Shown piece by piece: positions 9,880-17,363 of a stretch of DNA of 64,000 bases. The position numbers were made by a program, and so were the translations under genes. This stretch comes from a bacterium (GTDB lineage: Bacteria > JAHJDO01), in NCBI GenBank assembly GCA_043824255.1, contig JBDRTG010000021.1, positions 1,802 through 65,801 of the forward strand. Direction: 5' to 3'. How positions within the stretch are numbered: the first letter of the stretch is position 1; each line of letters begins with the position of its first letter. Under the pieces are notes generated by a model, which did not search any database, was not told the origin of the DNA, and was given only the letters and a program-made list of their open reading frames with translations.

Positions 9880-10944
9880 ATGTTTAAGTTTATTAAAAGA
9901 GTTTCAAAAACTGCGGGGCTCGTACCCGGCGAGCTTGTTCATATAGGAGAAAGGAAGATAGATAAAATAGAGATATCGGTGCTGGATTATGATGATAAGA
10001 ATTTTCACGAAAAAGAAATTACCAATATTGAAGAAACTTTTTCATTTAAAGATACCCCAACAGTTACCTGGATTAATATTAACGGATTGCATGAACTGGA
10101 TGTTATTGAGAAGATTGGCAATAATTTTGAAATGCACCCTTTAATTCTTGAGGATATCGTTAATACCAGTCAACGTCCTAAATATGAAGATTTTGATAAA
10201 TATATCTTTGTAGTTTTTAAAATGCTTATGTTTGATGAGGTAAAGAAAGAAATAATTTCAGAGCAGGTGAGCTTAATTTTTGGTTCTAATTTTGTAATAT
10301 CTTTTCAAGAGAGAAAAGGCGATGTATTTAATCCTGTTCGCCAACGTATACGTAATGATAAGGGAAGGATCAGAAAAATGGGGGCGGATTATCTTGCCTA
10401 CAGTCTTTTGGACGCCGTTGTTGATAATTATTTTTCTATTTTAGAAAGACTTGGCGAAAAAATTGAAGATCTGGAAGAAGAGTTACTTACCAATCCTACA
10501 CCGCAAACTCTGAAGGCTATTCATAATTTAAAACGAGATACGATATTCTTAAGAAAATCCGTATGGCCTTTACGTGAAGTTACCAGTGGTCTTGAACGGA
10601 ATGAGTCTAAACTTATAAAAAAGGGTACGCATATATTTTTGCGTGATGTCTATGACCATACCATTCAAGCTATAGATACCATTGAAACATTCAGGGATAT
10701 GGTTTCTGGTATATTTGATATTTATTTATCCAGTGTAAGCAACCGGATGAATGAAATAATGAAAGTTTTGACGATATTTGCAGCGATCTTTATCCCTTTA
10801 ACATTTATAGCCGGTGTTTATGGGATGAATTTTGAATTCATGCCGGAATTGAAAATGAAATGGGGATATTTTACATTGTTGGGCTTTATGGCTGTTGTTG
10901 GTTTTGGAATGTTGTTTTATTTTAGAAGAAAAAAGTGGATGTAA
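9880..10944 (+). CDS. corA: CorA magnesium/cobalt transporter
   Basis: The cytoplasmic domain is followed by two C-terminal TM helices with the signature YGMNFEFMPEL. Confidence 0.92.
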   Translation: MFKFIKRVSKTAGLVPGELVHIGERKIDKIEISVLDYDDKNFHEKEITNIEETFSFKDTPTVTWININGLHELDVIEKIGNNFEMHPLILEDIVNTSQRPKYEDFDKYIFVVFKMLMFDEVKKEIISEQVSLIFGSNFVISFQERKGDVFNPVRQRIRNDKGRIRKMGADYLAYSLLDAVVDNYFSILERLGEKIEDLEEELLTNPTPQTLKAIHNLKRDTIFLRKSVWPLREVTSGLERNESKLIKKGTHIFLRDVYDHTIQAIDTIETFRDMVSGIFDIYLSSVSNRMNEIMKVLTIFAAIFIPLTFIAGVYGMNFEFMPELKMKWGYFTLLGFMAVVGFGMLFYFRRKKWM

Positions 10945-10959
10945 TAATCAGGAATAAGC

Positions 10960-11646
10960 ATGGAAGCTCAGGATTATTATAATATTTTAGGCGTAAATAA
11001 GAATGCTTCTCCTTCAGAGATTAAAGCAGCATACCGCAAACTGGCTGTTAAGTATCATCCCGATAGATGTCCGGAGGAAAAGAAAAAAGAATGCGAGGAG
11101 AAATTCAAAGAGGTTGCAGCCGCATATTACGCTTTGGGCGATGCAAAAAGACGCAAGGAATATGATGATTATAAAAAAGGCGATTATGTATTTAGAAGCG
11201 GGCATGGCTCCGGAGACTTTGCCTCACAAACAGGGTTTGATTTCGAAGATTTAATGAAGCATTTTCATGCTTCCAGATCACGTGAGACCCAGCAGCAAAG
11301 AGGATTTAACAGATATTTCTCTTTTGATGATTTATCTGATATTTTTGAAGGAGTGAGTTCAGGGCAAGGCGATCAAGGCGGAGGCGCCTATACAACTTAT
11401 CAATTCGCGAATACAGGGGGTCAACAAAAACATGATACAGATACATATGCAAATATAAAGATTCCCCAAAATCTTGCTATGAACGGAGGTCAGGTTAAAG
11501 TTAAATTAAGCGATGCAAGAACAATTACACTGAAGATAAATCCCGGCACAAAAAATGGTCAGAAATTAAGGTTGAAAGGTATCGGGACAATGTGTCCTAC
11601 GTGTGACCATAAGGGAGATCTAATAGTTTCTATACGTTATTTATAA
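10960..11646 (+). CDS. J-domain protein (short, atypical DnaJ/CbpA relative)
   Basis: Canonical J domain DYYNILGV...[14 protein letters not shown]-rich linker follows, then a single DnaJ C-terminal-type beta domain ([17 protein letters not shown]...[10 protein letters not shown]) with one CPTC pair. No full zinc-finger domain is present. Confidence 0.75.
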   Translation: MEAQDYYNILGVNKNASPSEIKAAYRKLAVKYHPDRCPEEKKKECEEKFKEVAAAYYALGDAKRRKEYDDYKKGDYVFRSGHGSGDFASQTGFDFEDLMKHFHASRSRETQQQRGFNRYFSFDDLSDIFEGVSSGQGDQGGGAYTTYQFANTGGQQKHDTDTYANIKIPQNLAMNGGQVKVKLSDARTITLKINPGTKNGQKLRLKGIGTMCPTCDHKGDLIVSIRYL

Positions 11647-11666
11647 ACAAAAACAAGGAGGGTTCT

Positions 11667-11936
11667 ATGAGCAGTAAAAGAAGTTTTAGTTTTGATGAAG
11701 CAAAGAAAATTGGAGAGCAGCTGGGGATAAAGTGGGATAAATTTGATGTGGAGCAGTTTCGAATGGGGATGGATGTGGAGTTAGAGCATGGTTTAGTTAG
11801 CCCAGCAACAAATGTTACCGATGATGACCCCTTGACCACAGGAAAGATTGCGCTTGCCCACTTAGAAGAGTTTTCTGATTATTATACGAGATTAGAAAAG
11901 ATGGAAAAAGAGGCAGATAAATTTTGGGGAAAATAA
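11667..11936 (+). CDS. Small conserved hypothetical protein (DUF5661-like, from memory)
   Basis: 89 aa, with SD AAGGAGG upstream. Motifs MGMDVELEHG and AHLEEFSDYY resemble a small conserved family of unknown function. The family name is recalled, not verified. Confidence 0.5.
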   Translation: MSSKRSFSFDEAKKIGEQLGIKWDKFDVEQFRMGMDVELEHGLVSPATNVTDDDPLTTGKIALAHLEEFSDYYTRLEKMEKEADKFWGK

Positions 11937-11954
11937 GGATAAGGAGATAGAGCA

Positions 11955-12296
11955 ATGATTCTTGAAAAAGGTGAGAAAGTTCATATCGTTGAACGTAGAT
12001 ATTTCCAGGATGATGTGCGGAGACATTTCTGCGGTGAAGTAATAGATTTAGCTGAACACCTTCTCAGGGTAGCAGGTAGTGTTTGGGCATGGGACGCTCG
12101 GATCAATCAGTTTACAAAAAGAGAAAGTAAAAGAGAGCGTGTTTTTTGTCTGGGCGATAGGTTAACAATCAACATCCTGCCCAGAGAAGCTGATCTGGAG
12201 AATGTTTTATATATCTATGATAAAAAGAAAGGACATATAGCGACTGATGGTAAGTCTTTTTCTCTTAATATTACTGAGTTTAGTATTATAATATAG
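11955..12296 (+). CDS. Hypothetical protein
   Basis: 113-aa ORF with SD (AAGGAGA) 7 nt upstream, on the same strand as and close behind its neighbour. No recognisable motif. Confidence 0.5.
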   Translation: MILEKGEKVHIVERRYFQDDVRRHFCGEVIDLAEHLLRVAGSVWAWDARINQFTKRESKRERVFCLGDRLTINILPREADLENVLYIYDKKKGHIATDGKSFSLNITEFSIII

Positions 12297-12338
12297 CCGG
12301 ATAAGACAAAAATAATTTAAAAGGAGTGAAAGAAGGAG

Positions 12339-12580
12339 ATGACGGTAGTATTAGAAACCAACCATGGAATAATAGAAATTAAGTTAATGCCGGACCAGGG
12401 ACAAACGGCAGTCAGTTTTTCATTACCGTAATCAAGACACCATGGCTGAATATGCACCACACTATTTTCGGTGAGGTAACATCAGGCTATGACGTTGTTG
12501 AGAAATTAGAAAACACACCCACGAGCCAGGACAAGCCCACTACTGAACAGAAGATTATAAAGGCCTACTTAAAGAAATAA
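12339..12580 (+). pseudogene. Cyclophilin-type peptidyl-prolyl isomerase with internal deletion and frameshift
   Basis: ATG 12339 (SD GAAGGAG) encodes [20 protein letters not shown], then runs out of frame to TAA 12429-12431. The +2 frame from about 12389 reads [50 protein letters not shown]...* (stop 12578-12580). About 80-90 central codons of a normal cyclophilin are missing. Not in the ORF track. Confidence 0.8.
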
Positions 12581-12687
12581 CTTTGACTACCCAGAAAGCA
12601 ATTGATAAGGGAAACGTTTTGTAGTATACCTATTAACGATAATCAAGGAGAAGTCCCATGTTAGAATTAGGGACATTAAAAGAGTGG

Positions 12688-12721
12688 AACCTTCGTGGGT
12701 AAAGAGCTGCGAGGGTTTTTT
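12688..12721 (+). terminator. Possible rho-independent terminator
   Basis: AACCTTCG (12688-12695) pairs with CGAGGGTT (12710-12717, one G-U), with a 14-nt loop and the T run 12716-12721. It lies after the cyclophilin remnant and a 14-codon mini-ORF. Confidence 0.35.
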
Positions 12722-12748
12722 ATTTGTGGGTAAAAGAATGGAAGATGC

Positions 12749-12892
12749 ATGAAAAAAAGAAAATTAATTTGTAAGAAATGTGGATATAAATTTGAAGAGG
12801 AAGCTGTAGATCCAGATGAAGCTAGAGAGAAAAGAGTACGTACATCTCAGATTCGTTGCCCTAAATGTGGTGGTGAAGTAGCTTTTTTATAA
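12749..12892 (+). CDS. Small zinc-ribbon protein (47 aa), absent from ORF track
   Basis: Translates to MKKRKLICKKCGYKFEEEAVDPDEAREKRVRTSQIRCPKCGGEVAFL. Two CxxC pairs are spaced 25 residues apart, the classic zinc-ribbon layout. Stop TAA at 12890-12892. Confidence 0.5.
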   Translation: MKKRKLICKKCGYKFEEEAVDPDEAREKRVRTSQIRCPKCGGEVAFL

Positions 12893-12965
12893 TTAAAGCT
12901 AGTTACCTTAAATACCTGTGGTGTGTTTTGAAGAGAAAGTATTCACGTTAGAAAAATGGGTCAGT

Positions 12966-14108
12966 ATGAAAAAGGTTGGACGAAATGATCCTTGCCCTTG
13001 CAGTAGTGGGAAGAAGTATAAAAAATGTTGTTTGAATAAAACAGTTTCACAGAGGAAGCCTATCATCCCTATCTCCCCCGAAATTATAAAGCAATTTCAA
13101 AAACACCAAAAAAAAGAAAGCGAAAGAATTTCTAAATTTGGTAAAGTAAGACCAGATATAGGAATTAGCTTTAAGGGTTATAAGTTTTTAGCCGTTGGTA
13201 GCAAATTATTCCATTCTCAAAAATGGAAACACTATCTTGATTTTTTACTTGAATATCTTCCCACTGTGTTCGGCAAAGAGTGGGGGCAAGCTGAACTAGC
13301 AAAGCCATTTGAAGAACAACACCAAATAGCACAGTGGAGAAAGAAAGCTTATGAGTTTATGAAAAAACATAATGGCACACAAGGAGTAATCCCCAATGGA
13401 TTTCTTGCAGCGTATTCCGTTCTCGCATATGATTTATATATAGTGGAAAGTAACGGTAGATTAGATGATGAACTTTTAAGTAGATTAAAACACCGAGCAC
13501 AATTTCAAGGCGCCAGACATGAGTTATTTGCGGAGGCAACCTGTCTAAGAGCAGGATATGTAATTGAACATGAAAATGAGAAAGATAAAAGTAAAAGACA
13601 TGTTGAATTCACGGCTACCCATAAATCAACGAAACAGAAAATTTCTGTTGAGGCGAAAAGTAAGCATAGAGCGGGTATTCTTGGCTTCCCTGGTAAACCT
13701 CAATCAGAAAAAGAATTAAATTTACGATTTGGGAATCTTATAAATGACGCAATAAGAAAAAATCCACCTCATCCTTTAGTAATATTCCTTGATACGAACC
13801 TGCCAACAACTATTGCAAATAGAATTTACAGACCAGAGTCAATCAACCCAACCATACCACCAAAGCTCTTCATGAAGCTTCTTGACCGCATAAGAAAAGA
13901 ACATGAGGAAAAAGATCCATATAATCTTATCGTATTTACTAATCACGCATATTCCTATGCGAAAGAAGACGAAGTAGACCCAAAGAAAGATATGCTTTCC
14001 GTCATATCTCAAATACCCATTAAACCACCAACCAACTTTCAGGCTATTATCGACCTATGTGAAGCCGCAGACAAATATGGAAATATCCCCCAAGACTTAC
14101 CATCTTAA
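12966..14108 (+). CDS. SEC-C motif protein with PD-(D/E)xK-like nuclease core (function unknown)
   Basis: Start moved to MKKVGRNDPCPCSSGKKYKKCC, an N-terminal SEC-C metal-binding motif. The central segment ARHELFAEATCLRAGYVIEHE...HVEFTATHKS..KISVEAKSKHR fits the helix-E / strand-(D/E) / strand-ExK order of restriction-endonuclease-like folds. Confidence 0.55.
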   Translation: MKKVGRNDPCPCSSGKKYKKCCLNKTVSQRKPIIPISPEIIKQFQKHQKKESERISKFGKVRPDIGISFKGYKFLAVGSKLFHSQKWKHYLDFLLEYLPTVFGKEWGQAELAKPFEEQHQIAQWRKKAYEFMKKHNGTQGVIPNGFLAAYSVLAYDLYIVESNGRLDDELLSRLKHRAQFQGARHELFAEATCLRAGYVIEHENEKDKSKRHVEFTATHKSTKQKISVEAKSKHRAGILGFPGKPQSEKELNLRFGNLINDAIRKNPPHPLVIFLDTNLPTTIANRIYRPESINPTIPPKLFMKLLDRIRKEHEEKDPYNLIVFTNHAYSYAKEDEVDPKKDMLSVISQIPIKPPTNFQAIIDLCEAADKYGNIPQDLPS

Positions 14109-14151
14109 TGTTTCCCTAATCCCCTCCCCCATTCCCTAGCTGATAGTTTCC

Positions 14152-14160
14152 TGCTATAAT
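14152..14160 (+). promoter_or_regulatory. Candidate extended -10 promoter (TGcTATAAT) 9 nt upstream of the miaB ATG
   Basis: TG at 14152-14153 and TATAAT at 14155-14160, with ATG at 14170. The intervening ACCCCCGCT has no SD, which suggests a leaderless or near-leaderless transcript. Confidence 0.35.
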
Positions 14161-14169
14161 ACCCCCGCT

Positions 14170-15273
14170 ATGAAAGTATATATCAAAACCTTCGGCTGTC
14201 AGATGAATAAGCATGATTCAGAGGTGGTTTTGGGACTGCTGTTGAGTCAGGGTTATAAAGCGGTAGAAAGTAGGGAAAAAGCCGATGTTATCTTAGTAAA
14301 CACCTGTTCAGTGAGAAAACATGCCGAAGACAAGGTATACAGCATGCTGGGAGAATTGACGAAACTCAAAAAAAGTAAGCCCGACCTTATTGTCGGAGTC
14401 ATGGGCTGTATGGCTCAGAAGGACAAGAAAGTTATTTTTAAACGCTCTTCAAATGTAAACTTTGTGTGCGGTACGCATAATTTTCAGAGAATACCTGAGA
14501 TGATAAAAACCGTAGCTAAACAAAAAACAAAAATAGACCTTACGGAGATGGGAAAACAGGTTTTCGTCTCCCCCACTCTGTCTTCCAGAGGAGAGAAGAA
14601 TTCTGCATGGGTCTCTATAATGAAGGGCTGTGATAATTTCTGCTCATACTGCATTGTGCCTTATGTAAGAGGCAGAGAAATTTCCAGGTCTGCAGATGAT
14701 ATTATGCGGGAGGTCAAAGAACTTGCTCATGCAGGGTATAAAAAAGTAACGCTATTAGGACAAAACGTTAATTCATACGGCAAGGGGCTGAATGAAAATG
14801 TTGATTTCTCCGACTTGCTTAAACTGATTCACAGAATAGAGGGTATTGAATTAATAGACTTTGCAACATCTCATCCCAAAGACATTTCCCTGAAACTGAT
14901 TGATGCTGTAGCAAGTCTGGAAAAAGTGAGCAGATACTTTCACTTTCCTCTGCAGTCAGGTTCGGACAAGATCCTTCATTTAATGAATCGAGGATATACT
15001 CTGTCTCATTATATGGAAATAGTTAATAAACTGAGAGAGAAAATACATAATATTAAGCTTGGAACAGATATTATTGTGGGATTTCCGGGAGAAGATGAAA
15101 CAGATTTTAATCAAACCTATCAGGTAATAAAAGGAATAAAATTTTCTCAGGTCTATATGTTTAAATATTCCCCGCGTCAGGGAACAGCCGCATTCAAGCT
15201 TAAGGATAACGTCACTGAACAGATAAAAAAAGACAGATTAAATAAAATAATAAATTTGCAAAGGTCTATTTAA
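14170..15273 (+). CDS. miaB: MiaB-type radical-SAM methylthiotransferase lacking the C-terminal TRAM domain
   Basis: N-terminal UPF0004 domain (KTFGCQMNKHDSE, NTCSVR, GCMAQ) and radical-SAM cluster CDNFCSYCIVP. The ORF stops at ...RLNKIINLQRSI*, where MiaB homologues continue into a roughly 70-aa TRAM domain. Confidence 0.85.
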   Translation: MKVYIKTFGCQMNKHDSEVVLGLLLSQGYKAVESREKADVILVNTCSVRKHAEDKVYSMLGELTKLKKSKPDLIVGVMGCMAQKDKKVIFKRSSNVNFVCGTHNFQRIPEMIKTVAKQKTKIDLTEMGKQVFVSPTLSSRGEKNSAWVSIMKGCDNFCSYCIVPYVRGREISRSADDIMREVKELAHAGYKKVTLLGQNVNSYGKGLNENVDFSDLLKLIHRIEGIELIDFATSHPKDISLKLIDAVASLEKVSRYFHFPLQSGSDKILHLMNRGYTLSHYMEIVNKLREKIHNIKLGTDIIVGFPGEDETDFNQTYQVIKGIKFSQVYMFKYSPRQGTAAFKLKDNVTEQIKKDRLNKIINLQRSI

Positions 15274-16409
15274 GACGGTTCCTGCCAGTAAATGTATTCA
15301 GAAGTGTCATAAGGAACCTTTATTATCTCACGATAGATTTCGTGATGTGCTTTGGCAGTCTTTCCCCAGTTAACTTTCTCTTTTACATATCGGAGCATAT
15401 TCGTTTTGCATTGATTATAAAGTTTTGTATCTGTAAGAAGCCTACAAATACAGTTTGTATATTCACTGTCATCATTTGCAACCAATCCGCAACCACTCGC
15501 CTCAAGCCAATTTTTCAAGCCCTTTAAGTTTGAGGTAACAACAGGTTTATTAAACGCTGTGCACTGAGCAAGTATTCCACTTTGAGAACCCCTTTCGTAA
15601 GGGAGCACGGCTATATCACTTGCAGAAAGTATTGTATCAAATGTATATTGTGGAAACTGACCTCTTAGAACAATGATTTTATCGCTTACAGGTGAATTAT
15701 TAATAGCATTAAAGAATTTTTTCTGATAATCCATATACTCGTATCCCCTCATTTTTCCTGCAACGACCAGAACGACATCATCCAATCTTTTACACACCTC
15801 AGGAAAGATATCCACAATCTTATGAAAACATTTTGTAGGTCTAAAATATCCGCATAGAAGTATCGCTTTTTTGTTCTCTATCTGAAGTTTCTTTTTTGCA
15901 TCCTGAATTGCATTTACCTCCCTGACTCCGTGGGGTATAACGTGGATTTTCTCTTCATATCCAAAGCAATCTACCAATGTATCCCTTTGAAACTCTTCGT
16001 GAACAATTACTGAAGAGCTTTCCCCCACAATATTTCCTAAGATAATCTTCTCCTGTCTTCCCAATTTTTCACCTACTGTATGCAGAGTAACTACAACCGG
16101 TGTACCAATCATCCTGTAACGGGCTATAAGATCTACTATCTGAACACCCTTTAAAAGTCCGTATAAGCCATATTCGTGCTGAATATGAACCAGATCTGGT
16201 GTTATCTTTGTACTGGTATTGAAAATCTGGGAAGCTATTTCATTACTCTCTACAGAATAGACGGGAAATACGTTCTTTCCCTGCGCGCTAATCTGACTTA
16301 CAATGTAGATTTCATTGTTGAGCAGTTTAAGCTCATCTGTAAGATACTTGGTATAAGTTCCAATTCCACATTCAATAGGAGGATATGTAGAAACAAAACA
16401 TATTCTCAT
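15270..16409 (-). CDS. Glycosyltransferase family 4 (GT-B)
   Basis: N-terminus MRICFVSTYPPIECGIGTY, with a C-terminal half carrying the E..(x7)..E-type region (PYERGSQSGILAQCTAFNKPVVTS). 4-nt overlaps at both ends. Confidence 0.75.
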   Translation of the reverse strand: MRICFVSTYPPIECGIGTYTKYLTDELKLLNNEIYIVSQISAQGKNVFPVYSVESNEIASQIFNTSTKITPDLVHIQHEYGLYGLLKGVQIVDLIARYRMIGTPVVVTLHTVGEKLGRQEKIILGNIVGESSSVIVHEEFQRDTLVDCFGYEEKIHVIPHGVREVNAIQDAKKKLQIENKKAILLCGYFRPTKCFHKIVDIFPEVCKRLDDVVLVVAGKMRGYEYMDYQKKFFNAINNSPVSDKIIVLRGQFPQYTFDTILSASDIAVLPYERGSQSGILAQCTAFNKPVVTSNLKGLKNWLEASGCGLVANDDSEYTNCICRLLTDTKLYNQCKTNMLRYVKEKVNWGKTAKAHHEIYREIIKVPYDTSEYIYWQEPS

Positions 16410-17344
16410 TTACTATTTTCCATACATATATTCAATAAATCATCAAGTTTTGCTCTTGCAAGACAAAGACACGTATCTGCGGCGCCATAATATATCCTTA
16501 CAATTCCGTCTTCCTTGTCCAGTATAGCTCCGCAGGAGAAAATAATGTTTGAGACGTCTCCAACTCGCTCGTATGGCTCTCTTGGTGACAGTATAGGAAT
16601 TATTCCTCTGCCAATTACTTTATAAGGTCTCTCAATATCAATCAATGCAACGCCTAGCCTGTATATTTTCCCTCCGGATGTATTTTTTACGCCATGATAA
16701 ATTAGCAGCCATCCTTTTTCTGTCTCAATAGGAATAGGTCCTATCCCTATACGCTCAGAGTCCCACATTCTAGGTCGTGCCTTTAAGAGAACCATGGAAT
16801 TTCCTCCCCAATGGACCAGATCCCTGGATGTAGAGAGCCAGATATGGCCGCTACTACCTACCACAGGTCTATCAGCTCTCCAATATTTACCTTCAATTTT
16901 TCTAGGAAAGAGCGCAGCGTCTTTGTTTACCGGTTGAGATATAAGAGCAACCCTCTCTACTTTCCTAAAATCTTTTGTTCTGGCAAGAGCAATTCGGGGA
17001 CCAAATTCAGAGTAGGCAGTATAAGCAATATAATAGTACTCGTTAATAAACGTTATTCTCGGATCCTCTACCCCAGCCTCCTCATAAATATGATACGGTT
17101 CTTCAGAAGAATGGGACATAAATGCTTTACTGTCTGCTTGGAAAGATATGCCATCATAACTCCGCGCAAGAACCAGTGTAGATGTCCCGTCTAATCCTTC
17201 TACCCTTAAGAGAAGAATTGTCTGCCCATCAAAGGCAGCGACTCCGGCATTAAACACGGTATTACATGGAAAAGGAATATCTTTAATAGTAATAAGTGGA
17301 TTTTTTTTCTCTCTTTTACAGATCTCCGGAAATTCTCTTTCCAT
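16406..17344 (-). CDS. GH130-family beta-mannoside phosphorylase/glycosidase
   Basis: Motifs NAGVAAFDG, GVEDPRITFI..YYIAYTAYS, NKDAALFP, WDSERIGIG..PIETEKGWLLIYHG, YRLGVALID, and IYYGAADTCLCLA are typical of GH130 (DUF377) 5-bladed propellers. Confidence 0.88.
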   Translation of the reverse strand: MEREFPEICKREKKNPLITIKDIPFPCNTVFNAGVAAFDGQTILLLRVEGLDGTSTLVLARSYDGISFQADSKAFMSHSSEEPYHIYEEAGVEDPRITFINEYYYIAYTAYSEFGPRIALARTKDFRKVERVALISQPVNKDAALFPRKIEGKYWRADRPVVGSSGHIWLSTSRDLVHWGGNSMVLLKARPRMWDSERIGIGPIPIETEKGWLLIYHGVKNTSGGKIYRLGVALIDIERPYKVIGRGIIPILSPREPYERVGDVSNIIFSCGAILDKEDGIVRIYYGAADTCLCLARAKLDDLLNICMENSK

Positions 17345-17363
17345 AAAATATCTCCTTTATTTT

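Noticed and set aside
12658-12702. 14-codon ORF (MLELGTLKEWNLRG) with a good SD (AAGGAG), whose 3' end overlaps the left arm of a terminator-like hairpin; possible leader-peptide attenuator
   Set aside because: No regulatory codon run is present, and no downstream gene is obviously controlled (the next ORF has its own context). It lies in a decayed region, so it is more likely the stump of a lost gene. The nearby duplicated GTGGGTAAA (12696-12704 and 12725-12733) is too short to interpret.
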